Shown here one piece after another: positions 10,950-22,971 of a stretch of 37,771 bases of DNA. The first letter of the stretch is position 1. Each line of letters opens with the position of its first letter. Below the pieces are notes generated by a model. That model had not been told where the DNA came from. It saw only the letters and a program-made list of their open reading frames with translations, and did not search any database. The position numbers and the translations under genes are program-made. Source of the DNA: Octopus bimaculoides (taxonomy: Eukaryota); assembly GCF_001194135.2 (NCBI RefSeq), contig NC_068988.1, positions 73,519,923-73,557,693 on the forward strand, given 5' to 3'.

Positions 10950-13840
10950 ACCTGTTTCACGGTCGGGTCGTCGGCGACTTAATCGGCAACCCTAGCAATC
11001 GCTTGCTTAGTAAGGCGGGTGGCTTTTGTTGGAGTGGCTGCAAGACGAAAAACAAAACTTGTTAAAAGCCATCCAACTATATGAGTCAGATGGCGACTAG
11101 CTTCAACGAGGGCAGACAGGCCTCCCGGAAGTCTTGGCTGACAACCTGGCTAGTGATGGTGGCACGATATAACAACTGGTTAGTGGTAACCTTAAAACAC
11201 ACATCTCAATTATAAGAGAAATGTCAATAACGAAAAGCAATCCTTACGACATTCACGATGCTGGAGGTTTAAGCGAAGGTATCGAGCCTGGTAAGTGTCC
11301 TGTGGAACAGTGGTGCAGGCCCGGTCGTAATCAAGCAACTATTGACCCACAACAGCGAGGGAGATTTAAATAGACAAAAGGGAATATCAAATTGTTGTTT
11401 AAATGTTATATTAGAAGTGTGCCATAGAAGAGAGGTTATAGGAAAAGGTTACTAGATCCCTGGAAAAAATATTATCTATATGACGAGCTGAAGGATGTGA
11501 GTGAACAAAGATTGGCTGATCAGATTAAACGAATTAAGATAAAAAGTAGTTAGAGAAGATGTAACCAGAGGAGATTAAAATGGAAGCGTAAAAGGAACTG
11601 CAGGGGACTACTGTTCCAGAAGAAATACCCAGAGGACTGGAGAATCTACAGAGCTTAGACATGGAGGGACGAAATCTACCATCTACAGAAGACATTAGTA
11701 TTCCTAAAACTAGAGAGTCACCGGACGAAAATTAGCCCAGAATTAACTGCTCTCCACGACAGAATTCTGGAAGTGATGATCCTTGTGGAAAAGAAAACGG
11801 TTACCATCATTGAAGTCATGTGATTGGGCAAAGCGAATGAAGTTGTCATGATCCTCAGGAAAGCGAATGAAATTTTTAAGAGAATTCCAATTAAGAACAT
11901 GACAGAGTTAAATTCTGTGACGTATGCCACTGTTTAGATCATCACGGAGAAGATAGGGGTGTTTAAAGAAAAAGAAAGCACAAAGAAACAAATACCTATT
12001 CTGGAAAAGAATAAAGGAAATAATAGAAAGCATCAATACATGGCGGAAGGATTTAAGTAAAATTGAGGAAGTAAGGAGAGGAAATATGAGGCTCAATGAA
12101 AGAGAGCAGAATTACATGAATAGGAAATACCACTCTATATCGGATATGTTAAAACAAATGATGAAAGCGGGTCAAATTAAGATCAAAAGATACCATGAAA
12201 GATGCTTACAGTTCAAACAAAATCAACTGTCTAGAATAAACCAGAAGCTGTTCTATGAGACTCTGGATGGAGGATATAAGGAAGCTGCAGAGTTACCCGA
12301 TTGCAAAGAAGCAACTTCGTTTTGAAGCAAGATCTGGTTAGAGAATGTCAAATACAACAACAGGGTAACCTGGCTTCATGAAGTGGAAGGTAGTAGGCCA
12401 GGACCTAGTTCAGGGTTTTTGGTTTAAGGTTTTGACGAATTTGCATCCTAAACTACAAAGGCTGTGTACACCAAGGAGTTGTATTAGATTAGATGGTCTA
12501 AGGAATAATTGTATTGATTCAGAAGGACCCAACCACGGGTGCCGTGGCCAGTAACTATCATCCGATTGCCTGTTTACCTATGATGTTGGAGCTTCTAACT
12601 AGAATAATGGTTAAGAAATTGCTTGACCATCTTGAAAGAAATGAACTGCTAGCGGACGAACAGAAAGGTTGCAGGGAAAGATCACAAGGAACAATGGATC
12701 AATTACTGATATATAAAGCAATTTTGAGGAACTGTCGGAGAAGGTTGACAAATCTATCAGTGATTTGGATTGACCGCAAGAAGGTATATGATATGGTTCC
12801 TTACTCGTGAATTCTAAAATGCCTGGAGATAGTCGGGGCAGCTAAAAATATGATTATTTATTCAAAAACAGTATGAGGAACTGGAATATAGTTTTGACAG
12901 CAGGTAGAAGGGAAACTGGACATGTCGACATCGAAGGAATAATCTTTCAACGAAACTCTCTGTTAGTATGTTAACGCTCTCCATGACTGAGGAAGATGGG
13001 ACTTAGTTACAAATTCCAGAAAAAAAACATGGAACCAATTAGTTCCCTGCTATTTATAGACGATTTGAATATTTACGGCGCTGGCAGAGGTCAACTTGAT
13101 TCCCTTATACGAATTTTCTCTCATGACATCCAGATGGCATTTGGTCAAGAAAAATGTGTTATTATTGAACCGAGGAGAGAGCGAAAAGTAGATCGCAGTG
13201 GAATACAACCTCCAGATGATGAGCGCATAAGAGAAGTGAACGGAGAGGATTACAAGTATCTTGGTATTTTACAATTAGGCCTGATGATGAGCAACAAAAT
13301 GAAGGAGAAAATTTCTTCTGAACATACCAAAAGAGTGAAAAAGCTATGTAGATCGAAGCTGAATATTGGGAACCTGATTAGAAGCATCAACTCTTGAACT
13401 GTAGGTTTGGTTGCTATTGCGCAGGAGTTGCGAAAGAAAGAACTTATTAACGTGGACAAAAAAAAAATGGGAAAATGATGGCTGTGCACGAGTGCCTTCA
13501 TACTAGAAATGACGTGGCGTAACTTTACTTTCCTAGAAATGAAGGTGGAAGAAGACTGGTCAGAAAAGAAGATGGTGTTATGAAGGAGGCTGCACTGAAT
13601 GAGACAGTGATCAGTGACAATGATGAGACCCTCTAGGAGTACAATATGGGTCTAAGAGAGAAAAGGTCATCAACTGGAAAGTGAAAGTTTATCACGGAGA
13701 GTTTTTCTAGAAAACATCAGATGAAGCTGATGAAGAACCTTGGAAATGGTTAAAACATGGTTTCTTTTAAAGATGGAGCCAGAAGGAATAATTATTTCTG
13801 CTCAAGAACAAGCTTTACGAAAACTATATCTAAAAAAAAT
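10950..13840 (+). mobile_element. Degenerate, 3'-truncated R4/Dong-clade (Rex6-like) LINE
   Basis: N-terminal RGYRKR..W..VSEQRLADQIKRI; KRYHERCLQFKQNQ..NQKLFY; RT motifs VQGFWFK, IQKDPTTGAVASNYHPIACLP, EQKGCR, TMDQLL, WIDRKKVYDMVP, LLFIDDL, YKYLGI; C-terminal EGIIISAQEQALR. Many stops and frameshifts; the 5' boundary is approximate. Confidence 0.9.
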
Positions 13841-13849
13841 GTATGCACT

Positions 13850-15130
13850 TGGAGCTATTTTTTCCTTTGGTTCTCGGAGTAACCAAGTTAGAGCAGAACA
13901 AATACTCCACAGAATATTTCCGCATCGCGTGGAGTATTTCTTTGCTGTATTATTTATCCATAAATAAGTTATTGATGGTATTTTCATCAACTTGTGGCGC
14001 CCTTCTATTTCCTTTCTTACCAGTGCAGCTTTTACGGATTTTTGATCTTACAGTACCTCCATCAACTTTTACTTATGAACAAGACAGAGAACTGGTGGAT
14101 GACAGTGGTCTTCTCACTGAAGCCATGATCCTTATGATCATCAGGCTTGAGTGATCGATTCTCTTACCCCCTCTGGATTGTCAGTTTTACTAATCTCCTT
14201 CTTTTCACCACAAGACAATTTGCTGGAAACATTACCGTGAGCCATTTTACTGATACCTTTTATCTCCGCGGTCACTGAGTTTTGCCATCATACTTGTAAC
14301 ACTTCGGCTTTATGCCCTCACTATCATGTTGGACTCTCACTATCAATCAACACTGAACTCTTGATATAGTCTGGTTCAGAGGCGATTTTATAATCCTGTG
14401 GTGTTACCTGTTCTACTTGGTCCTCTGTCCAATATTTTGTGCGAGTTTCTCGTGTTCTCATGACCTCTGAAAACATTTTCACGAAATTCATGATCAGCTG
14501 TGAGTCGAGGCTTTTTTTATTATCATCGAGCTGGTTCTCACCTTTCGTCACCTCATGTATATTGTATGGATCAACTTATGGTAGTACTGTTGGCAACAGA
14601 ATACTACTATCAACAAGAATAGTAGCGCATTCAGCAACACGCCTCCAACTGCCCCGACCCTGGCATTAACCAGTATAAAAGATCTCTTGTTACACATGGG
14701 TCAAAACCTTTTCAACCTTTCTTTTCAGGGATAAGAGGTGTGCATATCAAGCTTCAATTTGATATCAGAAAGAACATAATCTCCTTGTACCTATTTTCCA
14801 CGAATTCTTCAGGTAAACAAGTGATAGTCCTTCGTGAGGTACTTAACTCGTTGCTCCTGCTTCTGCTGGATTTTTGTAAGGCCCAGCTCGTATTAGTCTC
14901 CAACTTCGTTGGTGTTGATTTCGATTGTTGTTGTTCTCCACTTGCTCTTGTTTATGTTGGCGTTGAAAGTGGCAATAGTAGATTGAGTAATTGTGGTATT
15001 GTAGTTGTTGCCACTATTATTTGTGGCAATGGTCGGAGCAGTTGGAGGCGTGTTGCTGAATGCACTACTATTCTTGTTGATAGTAGTATTCCGTTGCCAT
15101 CAGTACTACCATAGGGTGTTAGTGTTGGTA
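13850..15130 (-). mobile_element. Unassigned degenerate retroelement-like coding fragments (Thr/Asn/Pro-rich, ORF1-like)
   Basis: Minus-strand PPTAPTIATNNSGNNYNTTIT and RRTITCLPEEFVENRYKEIMFFL; composition resembles the ORF1 at 26320-27195. No diagnostic domain seen. Confidence 0.35.
14577..15113. repeat. 83-bp inverted repeat pair (14577-14659 / 15031-15113) with ~370-bp spacer
   Basis: Hand alignment gives 4 mismatches in 83 bp. Confidence 0.93.
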
Positions 15131-17682
15131 ATGGTAGTATTGTCGGTTAGGATAGCTTACTCATGTTGTTGCTGGGTAAGGAAGAGTTTGTAGCAACGTA
15201 ACATCGTTACTACTACTATTGATCACTTTAACGAGCAGTGGAGGCTTGCATGCGATTTCCACCACCATCTTCACCAAGAGGTAGGAACTATTGTCGGCCC
15301 CACCACCACCACTACCACCACCAACAGCATTGTCTCCCCACTCTCCTCTCTTCATTGATTCTTCTCTCGAAATACTGTTTCTACAGAAATATTTTTGATA
15401 TGGTAATTATGGTCATTTCTAATTTTAATCAAACTATATATTCATTGATATCAAGATTTAATCTTTGTCTTTTCATGTAAATTTTTTTAAAAACTTCATT
15501 TCCTACCTCTCATATGTTGTGGCATGCATATGGATGTGTTTGTGTGTCACTGCGGAGCAATTTTTTCTAGTTAACCATCTACTAAAAATATAACCTCATA
15601 GAAAGACTAACGTAGTAATTGTCAAACAAGACTGGGTTTATCACTGTTTCCTTTCAGAAATTATTATACTTTTTACTTTAACTTTTGCCTTATTTCTTAT
15701 GTTTCATTTCATCAACTCACCTGACTGCTTGCGTCCCTTACTAACCGACTGTTGGTTATATCTCTCTCTTTGTCTCTCTCATACACCATCTTTTATTTCT
15801 CTGTCAATCGATCCAATCTACATCTTTCAATAACACTTTCTTTTCTCTCTTTCATCTCAGCATAAGCAAGGCTTTCGCCTTTTCCATTATTTACAACGCC
15901 CCTCTCAATGTCTTTCTCTCTCTCCCTCTTTCTCCCTTTTTTGTTTTTATTTACCGATCCATCTCTAGACTTCTTTGTATCTCTTCCATCTCAGCACAAC
16001 CACTGCTTTCGCTTTTCACATTATTTCACCGCGTTAGCTCTCTAATCCTCTTATCTATGAAGAGCTCATTCTTCTTTCCATCTCTCCTCATTTATTCGCT
16101 CTATTTCTTTCTTGTCCACTCTTTCACTGTCTGCTCGCCCGACTGCTTGCTCGCTTACTGGTTAACTACTGAATAACAGCTGTTTATTTCTCTCTGACTC
16201 ATTCCTACTCTATCAATCTTCAATTTTTCTATTTATTTGTCTCATGTCCACCTTCCTTACTGGCATCACTGTTTTCTTCTTCCACGGTGCAACGGAAGAT
16301 AGAAACAGCAAATATAGAAAAAGGGCATGTTACCTGGCGCTTTACATTGAGAGATGGTGTCATAGTTCATTTAGCTAAAACAATATTGTGTGATGATATT
16401 GTTGCATTAATTCGGATTTATTCAGAAGTTTATTTTCAGTCTGCGAAATAATTGCTCTTGTGTCATCAAACTGACTGAACTTCTGTCTTAGTATATAGCA
16501 ATTCCTAAATCTTTTGTTAAGTCCCTCATCTGCAATATGGGTTGTTTTCTGATGTGATAATTGTGTTCCAGTATGACGTTGGGAGTGATGATAAAATAAT
16601 AAGATATATAGCTAAATATTTTTGTATTCATAATCCACGCAACAATGGTACTCCAGTAATTATTATCAGACATTCAATCTGAAACGATTCTGCTTGCATT
16701 TTAATAAGTAATCTTCTGATACTTTATTTCAGCATCTTGAGAGGAATAAGGATGTTTTGATGAGCTGTTAAAAACAGTGAAACCAATAAGTTCTATTCTC
16801 AAATCAAGCTACCCCAAAAAAGGCCGAGTGGACTAAATTTCACAGTGAGACAAAATACTTTTGGCTTCTCAACCTTTATATTCTAACTCATGATGTTACT
16901 CTGTTGTATGTTTCCGTACGCAAAATCAATAATTCTGACAACTAATCTGTGTATACCGATATATCTGTAAAGTATATATTTTTATGTGTATTGATAAAAG
17001 CTTGTACTAAACTGCACATAATATAATATAGATAAATGCATGTTGAGGTTGCTTCCAAGAAGAAAAAAAAATGACTTTACTGCAAATTCATATCCACCCA
17101 GAAGATCGTTGCTGCCATTTTGTATTTGATAGAAATTCTAGCATAGTTATCTTTGTTTCTACTCTTGATCATTTCCAATATTTCTCTCCTGAACATATTA
17201 TAGCCTCACATGCACATTTTAAGGATGCTACTGTTATATTTGACTTTCAAAAATAATATACACTTTAGATTTATGAAATAGAAAACATCAAAGAGGAGTA
17301 GTATATCAAATATCAATATATTTCGAAGATGTAATAAGTAATAAATAAATAAATAAATAAATAAATAAAAATAAAAGACTCACTGATTCCTTTTCTGTTT
17401 CATTTTTCTTCTTAATTAAGCATGGCAGCCTTAACACTGAAAGTTGGCCATAATTAGATCCATCATATTTTTGATCTCGTTGAGACGCTTGTTGGGAATG
17501 TAACCGGCACATTTTTTGCCAGAGGCGGTGTTGGGTCTTAGATATGACACATTTAGGAAGAACATTTAATCGCTTTTTCGTTAAATTAAGCAAATTGGAA
17601 TAAGCCATGTGTTTCCATGAATTTATATACTACTTAACTGTGTCACAGTTTTAAATATAATCAAGGACTTCACAGCAAAATT

Positions 17683-17717
<35 letters not shown>

Positions 17718-17944
17718 NNNNNNNNNNNNNNNNNNNNNNNNNNNNNNNNNNNNNNNNNNNNNNNNNNNNNNNNNNNNNNNNNNNNNNNNNNNNNNNNNNN
17801 NNNNNNNNNNNNNNNNNNNNNNNNNNNNNNNNNNNNTATATATATATATATACATATATGCATACATACACACACATGCATACACATATATATATGCAAA
17901 CATTTATACATATATGTAAATATATATACACACACACACAAATA

Positions 17945-18039
17945 TATAATCCCTCGCCATATCGCGGTTCACCTATCGCGGTTCACCTATCGCGGGGGTT
18001 TTGGAACGTAACACACGCAATAGTCGAGGGATTGCTGTA
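17945..18039. mobile_element. Short TcMar-Tigger-like MITE
   Basis: Imperfect TIRs AATCCCTCGCCATATCGCG / CGCAATAGTCGAGGGATTGCTG, TA flanks, and an internal 14-bp tandem TATCGCGGTTCACC x2.5 (17960-17995). Confidence 0.7.
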
Positions 18040-18547
18040 TATATTTGTTAGGTAACTTTCCCTGGTACTAGTAACACGTAAAACAGTACAACATGTTGCA
18101 TGATCGGGACGTCAGTGACTAAACCGGCAACACTCAAAACCTGCATCGAAAACTAAAACATAAACAATATGATTTTAACAACAAATATGAAGATATTGAG
18201 TTTTCACATTGAGGTTTCACATCGGGGTCATATCATGATAATAATGTCATTGCTTCAAGCAGAATTGTGATTGACATGCATTTAAAAAATAAAACCGCAA
18301 ATTTCCCAACACACTGTAATTTGTGACAATGTGAGTTAGTTTACGTTCTTAATCTTTAAATCCTATTACGGCATATTTATACTCAGTGACAGGGTCGGAT
18401 CCCCACTATAACAGTTGCTAAAGACTTAACATTAATTATAAACTGTATAGTTCTGAAATTTCACGTGGTGGTTAACTGTCTCAAATGACATAGTTTTTTC
18501 CGTGAACAATGTATAGGAGTGCAAAAAGGTGAATATGGTTAAATATT

Positions 18548-18960
18548 GGTTTCAAATTTTGGGTCTAGGTCGGCAGTTTCGGGGGAGGGGTAAGTCTGTT
18601 ACATCGACCCCTGTGCTCAACTAGTAATTATTTTATTGACCCTGAAATGATGAAAGGCAAAGTCGACCACGGGCGGCATTTGGTTTAAAGTTGAAAAAAA
18701 TGCCGGTGAGTATTTTTCCTGGCGCGCAAACAATTTTGCCAGCTCACCGCTGTAATATGATTAAATATTGATTTCAAATTTTGGTACAAGACCAGTGGTT
18801 CCGGAGCAGTGGGTAAATCGATGGTATTTATTTTATCGATCCTGAAAAGATGAAAGCAAAGTCGACCTCGGCGGAATGTGAATTGAGAACGTTAAAGACG
18901 GACGAAATTTCGCTGAGCATTTTGTCCAGCGTGCTAACGATTCTGTCAGCTCGCCGCCTT
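18548..18960 (-). mobile_element. Two head-to-tail SINE copies (18548-18753, 18770-18960)
   Basis: Both carry the ATGAAAG(G)CAAAGTCGACC core and a TTTCAAATTTTGG tail. They are bounded by three copies of a 16-bp motif. Confidence 0.9.
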
Positions 18961-19495
18961 AATATGGTTGGATATTAAAATGACTAAGAGCAAAGGAAAT
19001 ATTTTATAATATTAAGTTTGGCAGCTTCAATATTGAACTGAGCTACCCACTGAATCGACTTGATGTTTTAATTCTTCTGAAATCGATAAAATACGGTCGT
19101 GATTTAATCGACTTCAGAATCTCGGTCTAATTAGAAGAAATTAACTACGATCAAAGAATATGTAACTGAAATGCAAAATTGACTCTAAATATAGATATTA
19201 AATACATATTATTAATTATGGACATCATGAGGTATTCTGTCAAGCTTTTGTTTTCTTTTACAAATTATATTTCTTCGTTACGAAATTTTTTTATAATTAC
19301 ATTGCTGCAGATTTGTCAATACTAAATCACTTTCAAAGATCGCATTTGTCAAGAAACTCTGAGTTACGAAGAAGTGAATCCTCAGCTTCAAACAAACATT
19401 AAAATCTTTACTTCTATTTGTGCATCCAAACGAGTATATTATTATATACATTATATACATACACACGCCGACACAGCAAATCACAAACACAGTCG

Positions 19496-19617
<122 letters not shown>

Positions 19618-19989
19618 TACACAGGCACACACAACGGATTTCCCGCCTCATAAGCTGTGCACTTTTGTTGCGATTTATCCCTAGAAGATCATTTTCAGGA
19701 ATGGAATTTATCGGTTTGATTCCGATAACATATAATACAAACCTATAGTTAAAATTCACCCGTAAAAATATATTCTAATACAATGATTACAATATTTATT
19801 AGTTTTATAATGCATTGATGTATTTGTAATATATTGAAGCTATTTGTTTTTGAAATATTTTATGTTGAATCAATAATAATAATAATGCCTCACATACCAT
19901 TTATAGACAGAATAAAGTACTATGGAAATATATGCGATCTTTTAGTAGTCAGTTTAGTTATTCGGCTGAAAATAAGTCTCTATGACATT

Positions 19990-20112
19990 TCCGCCGACTT
20001 TGCCTTTCATCCTTTCGAGGTCGATAAAATAGGTATCAGTTGGGCTCTGGGGTCGATGTAACTTAACCCCCTCTCTCGAACTTACTGGCCTGGTGCCATA
20101 ATTTGAAACCAA
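19990..20112 (+). mobile_element. 5'-truncated SINE
   Basis: GACTTTGCCTTTCATCCTTTCGAGGTCGATAAAATAGGTATCAG...GGCCTGGTGCCATAATTTGAAACCAAT. Confidence 0.88.
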
Positions 20113-20129
20113 TTTGTGTTAAGGAATAT

Positions 20130-20943
20130 AAAGTTTATGTCTAGGGACCATCGGACTCTTACGCGAATTGTTAGAAAGGATCACAAAAGCACAGCTCCCA
20201 AAATTACTGCAGAACTTAATGACTTCGAGAACCCAGTTTCCACAAAAACTGTTCGCCGGCAGCTGCACAGAGCCAGATTTCACGTGAGGGCTGCAATCAG
20301 AAAACCACTACTTTCAAAAACAAACGTTGCAAAGCGTTTAGAGTGGAGTAAAAACCTACAGAATTAGTCCCTAGAGCAGTGGAAGAATGTTGTTTTCTCG
20401 AACAAGTCATCCTTTACCTTATTGCCGACCACCGGCCGAGTATATGTGTGGGAACAGCCAAAAAAAGCATTTTACCCAGACATGGAGGAGGATCTGTGAT
20501 GTTCTGGGGGCTATATTTTGGAAATCCACCGGCCCAATAGTTTCCTTTCATGGCAGAATTAATAGTCAAAACTATTTANNNNNNNNNNNNNNNNNNNNNN
20601 NNNNNNNNNNNNNNNNNNNNNNNNNNNNNNNNNNNNNNNNNNNNNNNNNNNNNNNNNNNNNNNNNNNNNNNNNNNNNNNNNNNNNNNNNNNNNNNNNNNN
20701 NNNNNNNNNNNNNNNNNNNNNNNNNNNNNNNNNNNNNNNNNNNNNNNNNNNNNNNNNNNNNNNNNNNNNNNNNNNNNNNNNNNNNNNNNNNNNNNNNNNN
20801 NNNNNNNNNNNNNNNNNNNNNNNNNNNNNNNNNNNNNNNNNNNNNNNNNNNNNNNNNNNNNNNNNNNNNNNNNNTCTACCCCATATTAAAATAAATGTGT
20901 TTGAAATTTTAAGGTATTTCCATTATTTTGTCCAACCCCTATA
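20130..20943 (+). mobile_element. 5'-truncated Tc1-family transposon
   Basis: HTH-Tc1 region RTLTRIVRKDHKSTAPKITAEL..VSTKTVRRQLHR..RAAIRKPLLS..KRLEW, then WKNVVFSNKSSF (FSDES-like). Right TIR-like CCATTATTTTGTCCAACCCCT plus TA at ~20913-20943. The second and third catalytic residues fall in the gap. Confidence 0.88.
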
Positions 20944-20944
20944 T

Positions 20945-20987
<43 letters not shown>

Positions 20988-21274
20988 CCTGGGTATAACA
21001 ATAAACTGCATCCAATAAACTCCCAGTTCGGGAGTCCAGGAGAGACGGAGTTAGTACAGTTTTTCCAATCACTAATTTCACTTTCTGGCTTTCCACCGAA
21101 AAATTCGACGCCACACTTTCTCGAAATTTTAAGGGGATGAGTAAATCTAACAAAATAATAAAAAAGATTCTGCCCCGAAAGGCGGGAATGCTACGCAGCT
21201 GAGCAGCTTCTCAGAGACTTTAGGGGTTTATGTAAAACAGAGCAAAAATTTCGAAAATATATCCATTAAATAAA

Positions 21275-21435
21275 GAAAACTTGCGAGCAGTGGGTAAGTT
21301 GATTACATTGAACCCAGTGCTGGTACTTATTTTATCGACCCCGAAATGATGAAAGGCAAAGTTCGCCGCTGCACAATTCGAATTCAGGACTTAAAGAGCT
21401 GGAAGAAATACCGCTAAACATCTTGTCCAAGGCTC
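21275..21435 (-). mobile_element. Degenerate SINE
   Basis: GGTACTTATTTTATCGACCCCGAAATGATGAAAGGCAAAG core. Confidence 0.85.
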
Positions 21436-21550
21436 AGGGCTAGTTTGGTGTAAGTGTATTCCACAACTCTGAAATCCTGCTATATTTTGAACCGAATACC
21501 GTTGCCTTCCGCATCTCCGCTTGCCAGCCATTTCATTTATATGCCTAAAG

Positions 21551-21882
21551 TAGTGGTTCTCAACCGGGGTTCATATGTCACCTGGGGCTCCATCTAAGAC
21601 GTTTGGAGGTCCACGCATGCAAAATAGTAAATTGGGGACCCATAATAGTCCATGAAAAAATTCTGCTTTAGATATATTTATTGCAAGAAATAGCAAGATT
21701 TCTTTCTCTAACGCTCTACATAGTTCAACCTACACAAGCTAATGTATGAAAAGTAAAATAGGAAATTTGAAAGAAGTATTTATAAAACTAGTTTAAATAT
21801 CGAATGGCTATGGGTGTCCACCACAGTAAAATAGTAGTCAAAGGGGTCCATTGGTAAAAAAAAAGATCGTTGAGAACCACTG
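21551..21882. mobile_element. Non-autonomous hAT (Buster/Charlie-type) MITE, 332 bp
   Basis: TIRs (T)AGTGGTTCTCAAC / GTTGAGAACCACTG and a perfect 8-bp TSD GCCTAAAG (21543-21550, 21883-21890) with the central TA typical of Buster elements. Confidence 0.95.
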
Positions 21883-22252
21883 GCCTAAAGCTAATATTGA
21901 TTCATAAATTCAGGGCTAAAAGCAGAATAGATCTAAGTTTAGTTGCATTGGATCAATGTCTCGCTTCAAATAACCAAGAGAAAATTATGAAACACATGAA
22001 AATAATGAAACACAATATTAAGAGCAGAGTTTGCAGTTAGTAAAACGAGACAGTTGATCACATCATTTCTTGTTAAAATATGTATCAAATACAATATATG
22101 ACAATAGCCTAGACACAACCATCAAGTGCATGAGTACTCAGATTGACAAGGAGATCGAAGAAATCGCCTAGATATCATTACTAAGAGTAGAAATGAATTT
22201 TCTGTACTCTGAAAGATATTTTGATCCTCTCTCTCTCTCTCTCTCACACTTT

Positions 22253-22925
22253 GGATCTATTTTAAGACGGGGGCCACATTTTTCATTAATGTTTTACGTA
22301 GTGTTTTTGGTACGGAAAGACTTTCAAACTTCGTATACTTATCTATTTTGTGTTATAGAATAGAAAAATATTTTTGTATTCGAATTTATTTCATGTAAAA
22401 AATTGTCTTATTTCGATAATTTCAACCAATCACTGACAAGTATTCAGTTGTTTACATTTACTCCTTTGGCTGATTAAGCGATGTAAAGCGTATTTAATCT
22501 CCATACCTTCGTTTTATTTGCTTTTTTCATTTTAAATTTACTTTAACCCTAACCCTAACCNNNNNNNNNNNNNNNNNNNNNNNNNNNNNNNNNNNNNNNN
22601 NNNNNNNNNNNNNNNNNNNNNNNNNNNNNNNNNNNNNNNNNNNNNNNNNNNNNNNNNNNNNNNNNNNNNNNNNNNNNNNNNNNNNNNNNNNNNNNNNNNN
22701 NNNNNNNNNNNNNNNNNNNNNNNNNNNNNNNNNNNNNNNNNNNNNNNNNNNNNNNNNNNNNNNNNNNNNNNNNNNNNNNNNNNNNNNNNNNNNNNNNNNN
22801 NNNNTTTCTTTTTTTTTTAAGAAGACTAAGAGAAAAAGATGTTTTATATGACACATTCTACCAGTGTTCCAAGTTTCAAAGTGTTTCGTTAATGAAAAAT
22901 GTGGCCCCCGTTTTAAAAAAGATCC
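22253..22925. mobile_element. MITE with ~38-bp TIRs (GGATC...GATCC) and internal (TAACCC)n
   Basis: TIRs GGATCTATTTTAAGACGGGGGCCACATTTTTCATTAAT / reverse complement at ~22889-22925. Flanks CACACTTT vs CACATTTT (7/8 match) form a putative TSD. TAACCC repeats at 22545-22560 run into a gap. Confidence 0.85.
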
Positions 22926-22932
22926 CACATTT

Positions 22933-22971
<39 letters not shown>

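Noticed and set aside
15700-16250. CT-rich region with loosely repeated 50-70 bp blocks
   Set aside because: Low-complexity sequence; similarity too weak to define units by eye.
16250-16450. ~60-codon ATG-less open frame (TVQRKIETANIEKGHVTWRF...)
   Set aside because: No suitable splice sites or recognisable domain; the length is compatible with chance.
19380-19450. FGCTNRS resembling a THAP zinc-finger start
   Set aside because: The required C2CH residues and spacing are absent, and it abuts a microsatellite.
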